Position numbers and translations under genes: made by a program. Positions 18,222-31,318 of a DNA stretch of 64,000 nt are shown here, piece after piece (positions within the stretch are counted from its first letter, which is position 1; the number at the start of each line of letters is the position of its first letter). The notes below the pieces were generated by a model. It was given only the letters and a program-made list of their open reading frames with translations, made no database searches and was not told where the DNA came from. Origin of the DNA: Octopus vulgaris (Eukaryota); contig OX597815.1 of assembly GCA_951406725.2 (NCBI GenBank), positions 78,988,001-79,052,000 of the forward strand. The letters are read 5' to 3'.

Positions 18222-18545
18222 CCCCACCCACTCAACTGGGAGGTATGATAGAAGATAGGGCAGTCACAAATTTACTGGCATGGAGGAGGTTCATGGCTAA
18301 CTCACAATTTACATGGATGGTTGAAGTAGTTCTTGAAAGAGAGATAATTATGGTGGTGATGGGGTGCTTGGATGTACCCTCATAATATCATACTCAACAA
18401 TAAGAATAGAAGAAAGTATGGGTACAAAAGAATCAAGGAGGTTGGGTAAAGTTGCAACAGTGTAAGAGGAGAGGAAGATGTGGATCTGAACATGAGGTGG
18501 TCAGATGGATATAGCCAATGAATATAGTGAATGATCAAGATGGAT

Positions 18546-18873
18546 GCATATATATATATATATATACATACACATATATACATACACATATATATATATA
18601 CATGCATATATATGCATATATACATACACATACATATATATACATACATATACACATATATATACACATATATACATACACATATATACATACATATATA
18701 TACATATATATATATGCATATATACATACACATATACATACATATATATATATGCATATATACATACACATATACATACATATATATATGCATATATATA
18801 TACATACATATATATATATATACATATATATATATACATAAATATATATATATATACATACATATATACACAC

Positions 18874-18908
<35 letters not shown>

Positions 18909-18933
18909 CATACATATACATACATATACATAC

Positions 18934-18970
<37 letters not shown>

Positions 18971-19147
18971 AATATATATACATACAAATATATATATACA
19001 CATGTATATACATATATATACACATACATATATACACATATACATACACACATATATACATATATATATATACACATATACATACAAATATAGAGGCATA
19101 TATATCTATACACACATATACACACCCACACACACACATATATATAT
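18546..19147. repeat. Compound (TA)/(TACA)/(CA) microsatellite
   Basis: Directly visible low-complexity array. Confidence 0.97.
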
Positions 19148-22100
19148 TGCTTAGATTGTCATGGCTTGAATGGCATTGTGTTATTTTGTTTTACAATGGG
19201 TTAGTAAAAAAGAAGTGTGTATAGCTGTTGAAAATTATACACACGTTACGTTTGAAATAAAAAATTTATACAGAATTAAGATAATTCTCCTTCAACAAAT
19301 CAGCATATATATTTGTGTATGTGTGTGTGTGTGTGTATATATATATAGATATATAGATAGATAGATATGAGAAACATGTCACAGCTATTTTATTATTTGT
19401 TTATGGCAATTTACCTCAAACAAAACCATAAAATATATAAAAAGTAAGACTAAGAGAAGACATAATGACTACAGCAGAAAGTTATCATATCAAGACATAC
19501 AGTCAAGTCATTTCATATAAGCTGATAATAACTGAGACGGGAGATAGGACTAGGGAGGAAATGGAGAAAGCTGAGACAAAATGGGGAACTAATTTCAAAA
19601 TTTAATGGCTTTTCAAAAGAAACTGATTCAGTGAAAGTAATGAAACCTTAATAATATCTACATAGTTATATGGAAAGTTTTATTTAAGAAGGGAAATGTA
19701 ATGAAATACATGGATGGACGGATATAAATATAGAATAACAAGTTATTCTGGGGGACTGTTTTAAAGCTAAAACTTCAGTCTCAACTTGCTTGTACTCCAT
19801 TTGTGGCAGATTCAACTTATTAAGAATCCCTTAAAGCCTTTGTTAGCTGCAGTGAAACCGGATAGAAGAGAAAAGGAAAACATGTTTCCAGAGAGAATAA
19901 AATATTATGAAGGAGAGAGTTTTTTAATAGATTATAGAAAAATATAAATTGTACTGTGAATGTTACCCAATCATTCAATGGAAACTGTTTCACATATGTT
20001 TCCAATGATGAATAGATATGTCCAAATGTAGTTTTTGACATCTAGTTTCACAAGTAAACAACCATATTGAATATTATTATATTTTGAGCTGCCATACATT
20101 GTTGCATGAGCTTTAAAATGAGAGGTGAGTAAATTTTATGTTAATTGGGGCATACTACTTAAAAACTATATCACCCCTACTAATTAATATATAATTATTT
20201 AAGATATAATTGATTAAATTTTAACATTGTAAATGCAGTCACTCTACTGGTATTTGTCTTCCTAACTCTGGAAGAATGAGAGGCAAAAGGTCCACATCAG
20301 TTGGTTTTTGACCTTAAGAACATAAAGGGACATAGCTAAATATCACAAAACATTTAATCCAATACTTTATGTTTCTGCCACTCTACAACAACAGTAACAA
20401 TAATAATATTAATATTGGTGATGATAATAAACCTTGAGAAACAGGTTTTGTAAACTGACAGCAAGTTATTTAGTATTGTAAGAAACTATAATATTGTTTG
20501 TTACAAAATAACAATTTGGATTTGGAACCCTTTTTCCCATATATTTTTTTATTTAGTTTTATTCATGTTCAACATGCAAATGTTTTAATTTTTAAAAACC
20601 ATCTCACAGATGCTAGCAAGGGACAATTTGATGTAAAGGGGGAAAAAAATTAACATTCTATTTTATATGGAGGAAATAATTAAATACATCTTAAATTTTG
20701 TAAAAAATAGGACTATTGGAGAATCACACCCACACATCTTCAAGAAAAATAATTTATAAAACAAAACAAAAGAAACATCAAAGAGAATAATTGACAATGC
20801 AAATAATTCAAGCTAGTCATATGAATGAACTACATAAAGTAAAACTGATATGAAACCCAACAAAATCCCGAATTTTAATGTAGTCAAGTAAACAAACTAG
20901 AATAGGAATCTTAACATTGTAAATACAGTCATTCAACTATCTAAAATATGTAGATGTAACTTAACTCAACTTGCTTAACAAGGTAAACAAAACTTAAGAA
21001 ATATCAATTATTTTACTACAAAAAAAAAGGAAACAAATAAGACAAAGACTGTTCTATAACTAAAGCATTACTTGATTTACTATTATTTCTGTTTCATTTA
21101 GAAAAATACTTTTTTTTTAAATACCTTATGCACCAAACTTGGCCAAAAATATAAATCATTTTCAAATTGTAAGGAACCAGTATTGGATAGGATAAGGCAA
21201 TGAAGTAGACCTGCCTCATATGAACTAATATTGTTAATCTTGTGAAGATGATAGTCAAATTTGGATTTTAAAATACCTACAGTTATCAATTGTATGAGTG
21301 ATATATATTTAGGAAAATATAGGTTTAGATTACAGTGGTAATTATTTTTAAAAAGTAACCTTGTTGAATTCTCTTGGAGAAATTATATTAACACTTTGGT
21401 CAAAGTCATCATTTAAGTCATCATGATTCCTTCTTTGCTAATAAACTTTTCTAACACAACCAGTAAGGAAATCAATGTGGTATAACAGCTAAACTTTAAA
21501 TCAGAATGTTTAATTATCTTTAACATCTCGATGCGCAACAAGGTACGCAATAAATAATACTAATACATATTAGAATATTATCTGATTATTCACAAACAAT
21601 AGGTTCACAGTCCATATCATATCATATATGACCTTTATGGTTCTTGGAATGACTAGATAAGTTTTGGGGATTAAGACTGAAGACCAATAAAAGACAGTTT
21701 CCAAGAAATATAAAAGAATACATAGGTTAGAATGAAAAATATGTCATCGTTAACTTTAGTAGAGAAAGAGAAAAAAAAAAGATAAAATTCTGGGGCTTTT
21801 AAAGATTGACAGAGAGTAAAATAAACAATGACAAAAAAGAAAGAAGATACTTAAAATACAGCAGTTAGAATGAAGTGTGTGAAAATTGATTTCAGCATCA
21901 CGAGAGGTAAACAGCTTTGACTATTAGGAGGCAGCAGTTGTTTTTTTTTTTCTTTCCTTTTTTTTTTTAAATAACAAAACAGTGATGTAAAGCAGCACAC
22001 ATAACATGAACCAGAATACTAATATCCCAAGAGTAAACCCACCTAAATTCCATCATAGGGATGAGATAAAAAAAAATTTTAAATAAATAAATTTATAATA

Positions 22101-22463
22101 ATGGTTCCAAATTTTAGCACAAGACCTGAAATTTTAGTGGGAAAGGCAACCCTGAAAGGATGAATTTCAAAGTTAGCCTCAGCCAGTCATCCTTCCAGGG
22201 TCAGTAAAATAAGTATCAGTCAAGTACTGGGGTTGATGTAATCCCAATAATAATAATAATAATAATAATACTTCCAAATTTTGGCCAGCAGTTTTCAAAG
22301 GGAGAGGGAGAATCAATTACATCAACAACAATATTTGACTGATACTTATTTTATGGTCTCCAAAAGGGTGAAAAGCAAAGCCAACATCAATGGAATTTGA
22401 GCTCAGAAATGTTGCCAACCATTTTGTCTGGTGTGCTAATGACTCTGCCAGCTCACCACTTTA

Positions 22464-22506
<43 letters not shown>

Positions 22507-25203
22507 AATAATCATAATAATAATTTCTCACATTGGTACAAGACTAAAAAAATGCTAAGGTAGGAAAGAGTGAATTCAATTGATTATTTGGTGCTTATTT
22601 TACCCCACCACCTCTCTAGGAGATGTAAGAAAGGTGAAACAGATCCTGATGTAATTTGAACTGAAGATAGCAGATACAAACTTAAATATGGTTAAGTTTA
22701 ATAATAACGTAAAATAAAATAACATCAGCACAAAACCTGAAATTTGAAGGGAGGAGGTTCATTAACTACACAGTATTTGACCGGTATTTTATTTTGTTGA
22801 CTCCAAAAAGGATGAAAAGTAAACATAATCACAGCAGGATTTGAACTCAGAACAAATACTGCATTGTTGATTGAATATCAGCTTTAATCTCAGCGTGATG
22901 TAAAGTTAACCACAAAGAGACACAGCAAGACAAAAACTTGAAAAAAAAAAATCCAGATTTAGTATTTATTGCACTAGTGTGATAAAAAGGGTCACCTACT
23001 TGACGGTTTCAAGATAGGAAATAACTTTTAATGGATGAACCTTTTCCAGACAATCTGGTACCCATTCTGAACAGTTGGGTAAACTGAAACAATTTGGTAC
23101 ACATTCTGAGCAGCTAAGTGAAAACTCAGACAAAAGTGTTCTTCTTCAAAAACATAACAAAATGGTTGCAGGGGTATTTAAATTTTATGGTCTAATACCT
23201 TCACCCATCTCCACACCCTTTCTGCCAAATCACCATCTCTTTTTTATATAATCACAATTTCTCAGTCACAAAACTATAAATTCGTAAGGGAGGAAGAGGA
23301 ATATAAATGACTTAATGAATCACAGAAATATTAAGTAGCAGATTTCAAACACATTATGTAGAGGGATAGAGCTAAATACTGAGTATAGGGGAAGGTATTC
23401 GTTCAGCATTCTACCATTTCTGTCAAATTTATGATAAGGATGATTTTTCATGTAGATTAGGAAACCTCAAATAAAAGTAATCTATATACATGGGAATATA
23501 TGAATTTATTATTTTTTTCTTTAGTCAACTGATATTCTGACCTGGCATAATTTTTACATGTCCAGAGGAGTTGATAGCTACTTGTCCACATTAGTGAAGA
23601 ACATGTCTTGGAACCAGAGACTTAGCTTGTACAGATAGAAAGCTTAAAAGGTAGAGAGTTATCAAATCAGTTGCTCTCAAAAAATAGAATTTGTAGCTTA
23701 TCTGTAAGTAGTAGTAGTAGTGGTGGTGGTGAATGTTGTACCTAACACAAACTGAAGAAAATAACAAAAGTTTGAAATAGCAGGGAAAATACATGATAAA
23801 GAGGTGAGGATAGTAGTGGGTTTTGTTCAGTACAAAATGGGAAGTAAAATAAGTGGTTTAATGAAGAGCTTCAGGTTTGCTGAAAAATAGTCTTGATTTT
23901 TGGAAGCACATGAAGAGATTGTTTCAGTCAGCAGAATTAACGTTAATTTGGTGATTTACAAACACACACACTAGAAAACAAAATTAATTAATAAAATAAA
24001 AACTGTTTTAGGGATGTCTAGTATTAAGAGAGTAGCTGATATTTGTATCTTGCTAAGACCAGGCCGAATTATTTTCTCAGTGATTTCTAACTTTTGCAGA
24101 AAACCTCAAATTTGGGGTTTGGGTATAGCCAACCCCAGTACTCAGACGGTACTTATTTTATACACACCAAAAGGGCAAAAGGCAAAGTTGACCCTGGTGG
24201 GATTTGAATTGAGACTGTAAAGGTATGCAAATTAATTCATCATACTGCCACCAATAAGGAACTATTGAGATGTCATTCTTCACATGAAATACTATGACAG
24301 TGAAAGAAGATATTTCAGAACCCAATTTTGGTGAAAGGGACAAATCAACAAATTTTCTTCGTTTGCTTTCATTTTCTATGTTTACTAAACCATATATAAC
24401 GCATTATTTATAAAAGAGAGCAGGACATATACTGAGCAGAAGAGGCAGAGAGGTAAGTAGGTCAAGTTCGTTTAATTTGGCTTTATAATCTTAAATTATA
24501 TTTCTTCCCTTCCTTCTCAACCATCTCCTTTCTTGTTCCCTATACCATCTATTTCCCTTCTTAGCACTGCACTACCTTCGCTCTCACCTCAATGAACATC
24601 AATGTCAAATAACCCCCAAAACCACAATCATAGCCAGCAATTAAATATCAATTTACACTGTGAAATCTCTTCTCCCCAAAATATATTTAAAAAAAGGAAA
24701 AAATGAACACACACCTCTCAACTGCCCCCCACCCAAAAAAAAAACATTAAATAACAAAAGGACTTTGATGAACCTTGGTAACATTCAAAGAAACCAATTA
24801 TAGCATATAATACAACATATTTTATAACTGTTGCAGCAACAAAGAAAAAAAAATTTAGGATAGAATTAAAGGGTGATAAATTGATGCTAACAAGTACAAT
24901 GAAGATTTTATAATACTACATCATTATTCAAGGAAAAATAAATATGTCAACCTAGACTGCTTTTGTATTTAGCCATGCAGATAAAGCTAGGTTAGCATAA
25001 TACTTCCTTATCTTTTAGAAACAAAACAAAAAACAACAAAAAAAAAAGAAAAACAAAAAAATAATGATGGCATAGAGAAAGCAGTGTTTCTTTTGGGTTT
25101 TTTTTTAAAGACATGCTTCTGGGAAATGGTTCAGGTGGAGAGTGTATAAAGAGACAGATTCCTGCCCTCAACAGTCTGGAGATTGGTTTTCCTACATCAG
25201 CTT

Positions 25204-25227
25204 CTATATTCGAACCTTTTCACGGAG
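25204..25227 (-). CDS. Cpes: CPES-like gene, terminal coding exon (LREKVRI*)
   Basis: Strong acceptor attttttctttcag, phase 0 matching the preceding exon, ends TAG. Short exon, so less certain. Confidence 0.7.
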   Translation of the reverse strand, partial: LREKVRI

Positions 25228-25895
25228 CTGAAAGAAAAAATAGGCAAAATATGAATAAATACAACAAAAAGGATTATATCAATCAAATCAGATATACTAC
25301 CTATACAAGACATACAGAACTATATAAAGGCACATTTACCATTCTCAAGATCAGAGCTACTAAGAGTTTAGAAATTCAAACAACTGATATGAAATATTAC
25401 AATAGTAAAAACTAACTCCAGAATCATCATCATCATCAACATTTAATGTCTGTTTTCCATGCTGGCATGGGTTGGACAGCTTGACAGGAACTGGCAAAGA
25501 TGTCAGGGGCTGCAATGGGTTCTATAATTTGTTTTGGCTTAGTTTCTATAGCTGGATGCCCTTCCCAACTCCAACCATTTTACAGAGTGTACTGGATGCC
25601 TTTTATGTGACACCAATAATAATAATAATTGTCATTGGCATCATCATAAGCATTTTAATGTCCATTTTTCCTTGCTTGCATGAGTCAGATGGAGCTTTAT
25701 TGAAGCAGGTTTTCTACCTATAGCCACATACCTGTCACTAACCCTTCCTGTTTCCAAACAAGGTAATATTTCCACCATGGCCATATGTCTTTGCAGAAAA
25801 ATATTAGAAATGGTTGATATTATTTTACAAAAAAAAAAAAAAAAGCACACAATATCAATATTAGGAGACACATCCACATACATACAGACATTAAA

Positions 25896-25925
<30 letters not shown>

Positions 25926-25935
<10 letters not shown>

Positions 25936-26264
25936 GATAAAAAGAGAAGACTGAATGTACCAACAAAAAAATTTATATTACCACAACAATTGTTTCATCT
26001 TCAAGATATACTATTCCCTTGTGGGAGTGGAATGATACAACTCCTGATGCAATGCACGGTACATAGAAGATTCCTCAGGTGGAATAATAAAGTTTTAAGC
26101 TGGGAGATTTACATTTGAGTTTTGCTGTATTGAGAGATTTTAACAGTTAAACAGACACACATTCTTATGTTTAAATCAATGCAAAGACATACAGATGCAT
26201 ACATTAATAATTATATCCATGGGCACATGCCAGCACTCACCACATGTATGTATGTCAGTCAATC
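25926..26264 (-). repeat. Left arm of ~340-bp inverted repeat (Penelope pseudo-LTR-like)
   Basis: Reverse complement aligns along its length with 27052-27412; outer end abuts (TA)n. Confidence 0.93.
25981..26082 (-). ncRNA. Putative type I hammerhead ribozyme (Penelope-type minimal stem III, long stem II), sense to CPES intron
   Basis: Minus strand: CCAC-CUGAGGA-AUCUUC...GAAGAU-GAAA-C-AAUU-G-UU-GUGG. Stem I CCAC/GUGG, stem II AUCUUC/GAAGAU, stem III C-G closing a palindromic AAUU loop; predicted cut after 25985. Confidence 0.7.
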
Positions 26265-26727
26265 CCACTGGCATGTGAGGGAAGTTGTTTTCTGCACATT
26301 TTCATCGTTTATTACCCCCTGAGCGAGCGTGATCGTTACCAAAGTTGCCTTACAGGCACCTGTGCTGGTGGCATGTGTAAAAGGATTCGAGCGAGGTCGT
26401 TGCCAGTACCACCCGACTGGCCCCCGTGCCGGTGGCACGTGAAAAGCACCCACTACACTCTCGGAGTGGTTGGCGTTAGGAAGGGCATCCAGCTGTAGAA
26501 ACTCTTCCAAATCGAGATTGGAGCCTGGTGCAGCCATCTGGTTTGCCAGCCCTCAGTCAAAATCGTCCAACCCATGCTAACATGGAAAGCGGACGTTAAA
26601 TGATGATGATGATGATGAAAAACTATCTTCCCAGTTAGCCTTCTTTGATATTGCTGCACCTCTCATGTGTCCATAGTTCATACCGGGTATATCTTATGGA
26701 GTTTCTACCTACACTTTTTCTACAGAT
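26265..26727 (-). mobile_element. RTE LINE fragment interrupted by a plus-strand SINE (~26316-26617)
   Basis: Flanks are reverse complements of RTE ~7600-7770. The insert has ggagtggttggcgttaggaagggcatccag and an (ATG)n tail. Confidence 0.75.
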
Positions 26728-27051
26728 CTGTGTATGAATGTGTGTGTGTATAACTGTGCAAGAGTATAAGTATACTTGCCTGCAGACATGTGAAACTGTG
26801 GGTGTCAATGTACATTTGGATTTGTATGTCTTGTGGTGTGGGTGTGATGGTGTGCATGTGTGCGCATGTGCGTGTGGGTCTATAAGCATTGCATGAGGGT
26901 GTGAGTGTGTCTGTGCGCATGCATGTGCTCCATGGTGGTAGTGTTGATGTGATCTCTGTATGTGTCTGAGTGGGTGAATCTTTGTGTCCTGAGGGATGTA
27001 TCTGTGTGTGTAGGTGTGTTTCTGTATATGTGTATAGCTGTGTGCATGTAA

Positions 27052-27412
27052 GATTGACTGACATACATACATGTGGTGAGTGCTGGTATGTGCCCACGGA
27101 TATAATTATTAATGTATGCATCTGTATGACTTTGCATTGATTTAAACATAAGAATGTGTGTGTGTCTCTTTATCTGTGTGTCTGTCTAACTGTTAAAATC
27201 TCTCAATACAGCGAAACTCAAATGTAAATCTCCCAGCTTAAAACTTTATTATCCTAACTGAGGAGTCTTCTATGTACTGTGCATTGCATCAGGTGTTATT
27301 GCATAATTCCATGCCCACAAGGGAACAGTGCATCTTGAAGATGAAACAATTGTCGTGGTAATATAAATTTTTTGTTGGTACATTCAGTCTTCTCTTTTTA
27401 TCTTTAATATAT
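27052..27412 (+). repeat. Right arm of ~340-bp inverted repeat
   Basis: Complementary to 25926-26264, with an extra ~22-bp TG/TC-rich insert near 27152-27178. Confidence 0.93.
27254..27358 (+). ncRNA. Putative hammerhead ribozyme, second copy (stem I damaged)
   Basis: CUGAGGA 27258-27264; stem II GUCUUC/GAAGAU extended by AUGUACUGU/ACAGUGCAU; GAAA-C-AAUU-G-UC 27343-27354. Confidence 0.62.
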
Positions 27413-28190
27413 GCCCAATGTCCATCCTGGAATTATTACAACAATGCTTGCTAACTATTGCTGATGATGCCTGGTAGCCATAAGTGGTGAGTGTGCTTCA
27501 CAGACACACGACCTGGAACTTACACTCACAACAATAATTTGAGAATATCAATCTTGGTATATAAGTACCAGCAGAATGAAATTCCTGTAGTGCTTGCAGA
27601 AAATTAGGTTCAACTGAGTATAAAAATCCACTCTTGAGCTATCCAGAGGTGTACACTTTATTAAATGCACAGTCCATAATAAACTTCAGAATATGTAAAG
27701 GGTACATTCTGAAATAGGTAAGTAACATATAAATAAATATCAAATGAAGGAGTGGAGGGATATGTATGACAGGCTTCTTTCAGATTCTGTCTACCAAACC
27801 CACTCACAAGGTTTTGGTTGGCCCAGGACTATAATAGAAAGCACCAAAGGTGTCATGCAGTGAGACTGAACATGAGACCACATGGCTGGGAAGCAAGCTT
27901 CTCATCCACACAGCAACATATGTGCTTATCATATATAAACTTATTTATATATAATTTAGAGAACACTTGCTAGCTTGGAGAACGGACGTTAAACGATGAT
28001 GATGATGATGATAGAGAATTAACCCATGAATTATATATATATATAAAATGAAGTCCAACCCATGCCAGCATGGAACATGGATGTTAATTGATGATGAAAG
28101 AACTACTTCATGCCTGTACTATATGTAATGAAGTAACTTCAAAATGTGTAGATGACTGTCTATAAATAAAACAAGAGAATAAATACTTAC

Positions 28191-28271
28191 ATATCGAATT
28201 TGAATTTCACTCAGAATGAGCATCCCTATGAGTACAGCCCAGCCCACGTAAAGCATGAATGTCAAAAATTC
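28191..28271 (-). CDS. Cpes: CPES-like gene, coding exon 3 (EFLTFMLYVGWAVLIGMLILSEIQIRY)
   Basis: Acceptor ttttttgtttcag, donor gtaagt, 81 nt, phase 0-0; encodes a TM helix continuing ...IDKIW|EFL. Confidence 0.88.
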
Positions 28272-28429
28272 CTGAAACAAAAAATGAAAATTTACAACTA
28301 TATTTTGTTATTGCAGGAAGAAACTGAGAGAGAGAGTGAGAGAGTGTGTGTGTGTGTGTGTGTGTATGACATCAGGAAAATTCAGTGATTTCAGTGTTTT
28401 AGCTATGGAGTGATAATAGAAATGTTCTA

Positions 28430-28822
28430 CTGTCTTTTACTCTATCCTTTACTTGTTTCAGTCATTTTGACTGTGACCATGCTGGGGCACCACCTTAAAG
28501 GGTTTTAGTGGAATAAATCCATCCCAGGACTTTTTTTAATGCCTAGTACTTATTTTATCAGTAGCTTTTGCTGAACTGTTAAGTTACAACAATGTAAACA
28601 CACCAACACTGGTTGTCAAATGGTGGTGGGGGACAAACAAACACACACACACACACGTGTATATACATATACACAATGGGCTTCTTTCAGTTTCTGTCTA
28701 CCAAATCCACTCACAAGGCTTTGGTCAGCCCAAGGCTATAGTAGAAGACACTTGCCCAAAGTGTATGCAGTGGGACTGAACCCGGAACCACATGGTTGGG
28801 AAGCAAGCTTCTTACCACACGG
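28430..28822 (-). mobile_element. tRNA-derived SINE with internal (TG)n
   Basis: Minus strand GTGTGGTAAGAAGCTTGCTTCCCAACC..GGGTTCAGTCCC..TTGGGCAAGTGTC. Further copies at ~27765-27915, 50740-50840, 51605-51757 and 53618-53750. Confidence 0.75.
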
Positions 28823-29950
28823 TCATGTCTACACCTGTGTGAATATTTTTACCATGACCCGGCTAGCTCCTTAAGGATGAGGTTTCAAAATCAGTACTGT
28901 AAAACTATGAAAAAACATTTGTTAATTAAACAGTATTCCTACCGTTCACAACAGTGGATTATACTTATAATACTTATTCAAAGCTAGGTGGATTGGGCCA
29001 GATACTGTTAAATATGAGCAGAAAGCAGTGCAAGAGATAAGGTGTGACTGCTGACTTTTAAACAATGATAGTTCATTATCAATAAAAGTCAGAGTAAAGA
29101 AATATAAATAATAGGAAGAGTACCTCACAAACTAAGAGTGAAACGTCATCAATAAAACATCCTTCAATGAGGATACAATAACTGAGTCTTCCCCAAAAGC
29201 CCCACAACACAATCATTATACATGTGGGACTTCTGATGTTTCAGGAGACAATGGATCTGCACTCAAGACGTATCTCAAGTAACTCTGGGTAAGGGATTGT
29301 TTTGTTTGTTTGTTTTTTTAAAGAAGGATAGCAGTTGTTTTGATATGCAAGTTTCCTCTTCTCTATGCCACCGCCGATGTCCAAGAAGCACCAGCTAGCC
29401 CTGAAGTTTGTGAGTCAAATTGGAGACATCAGCTACCCTTCAGGTTTAACAATTACATGTGAGAAAAACACTAATTACTGGTTGGAGGTGTTGTACTGAC
29501 ATGAACACAAAAGCAGGGAAACAACTCCAGTATTAGGTGTCTGACTATCTATGTAACTGTCTAGCAGAGAAAAGGTATAAAAGGTGCTGGAACTGACAGT
29601 GAGAGACATTTTGAAGTGAGACTAAGGAAAAGTAAGACTTATATTAAAGCTCCAGTATGCAGTCATTGATTTTAAACCTGTTGAAGAATACAACAATTAA
29701 CACTGAAAGGAAGAAAGGCAAAACTGATCTGGTTGATTTGAGCTTGGAAATATTTTATGTGAAGTAAAATACACCAATAGTATCCAAAAATGATTAGAGA
29801 AAATGCTAATTAAAACAGTACACATAAAAAAATATTCAGAAAGTGCCATCTTTACCACTATGAAGGTTAGAGATCAAAAGAAATACATTAAGATTACAGG
29901 TTACCAAAATCTACAGCAGTTACAAAATAACGACTTAAATGTATACACAC

Positions 29951-30073
29951 CCAAATTTTATCTATAAAAACTGCAATTAGCACCATCTGCATGAGTGCTT
30001 GTCCATCAACAATCCTCCACAGCCAGATAATGCACCAGGTACTGGTTAAATGCAATGCCTCGGTCTGATGTAC
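29951..30073 (-). CDS. Cpes: CPES-like gene, coding exon 2 (VHQTEALHLTSTWCIIWLWRIVDGQALMQMVLIAVFIDKIW)
   Basis: Acceptor ttattattgtag, donor gtgtgt, 123 nt, phase 0-0, open frame resembling the CPES C-terminal WR...A...L.AIF.DK.W segment as recalled. Confidence 0.9.
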
Positions 30074-31278
30074 CTACAATAATAACAATACACATGTATC
30101 ACAGCTAAAATAGCAAACATACATCTGACTTTGATTATAAATCATCATAATTACAAGGAGAATCAAAGAGGGGTGAAAGAAAGCAAATTTTGTTAAATTA
30201 CCAATTTATTTATGATTATCTAAGCTCATGTAGAGGCTATTTTCTACTTTGATGATTTTGGTTAGAGCATTATTAAAATTAGGAGGGTATGGAGTAATAC
30301 ATTTTATGTGAATATTTAAGTTTCTAAGTGATGGTCAAATTATTTTGATGGTTATTTGTCTATGGGGAGCATTGCAACAGTATAAGACACAGAGTTATGA
30401 GACAAGCTGACAAGGGAATGTGTTGTTTCTCAACCTGTAGAAAAAACAACTAAATTTCTTTCAAATCACACTGCCATCTTTAAAAAAGTAAAAGATACAT
30501 TAGATAATATAGTCCTAAATGGCTATAAAAAATGACAATGACTATAGCTTGATGCCTTTGATTAAAGACCTTCTTGGTAGAAATTGATCCAGTGCCTTTC
30601 ACTTTAAATTTTAGGATGTTTGTTATCATAAATCTATCTTAGAAAATAAATACTTTTTATGTTGGTGGAAGAAAAACATGCAGCAAAGAAATAGATGGGC
30701 AAAGCTATGGTTACAGATATGGCTGTGGGTACAGTTATCACTATGAGTACAGTAATAGATATGGATATAAGTATAGGCATAGGTACAAATACAACCATGG
30801 GTCATATATAGCTAGGAGTACAGAAATGGCCAAAAACAGAAGGCTAACTAGTTCTTATGAAGTTAGCTTTACAATCTTATGAGTCTCAGTTTGATTCCAC
30901 TGTGTAGGACTATGGACAGACTGTACCCACTCTTAAGTGGTAGACTTAATCAAATGTTTGGTTTAACAACACCACCTGGCCTTTGCGTGCCATTAGAAGG
31001 ATCCATTCTGTTGCTAACATGTAAATTTAATATCCTAATGTGCTCCTTCATTCCCTAGCAACGCATATGTTGTTGTTGTTTATTCTTCCCCCTTCCCCAC
31101 CCACTCACACCAGTCTTGGACAACCTGAAAACAGGCCATATGTGCAGCCCTTTCTCATTTGATTATATTGTAAAAAAAAAAAAAAAAAAAAATTTTTTTA
31201 TTATTTAGCCGCTTGCACACCTTTGCCTAACTTAGTTGCTAAGTATCTACAATGATAAATTTTGCTTGATATCATCAT

Positions 31279-31318
<40 letters not shown>

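Noticed and set aside
28946-29128. Candidate extra CPES exon
   Set aside because: Exons 2 and 3 join seamlessly (IDKIW|EFL) and this ORF has no similarity or convincing splice sites.
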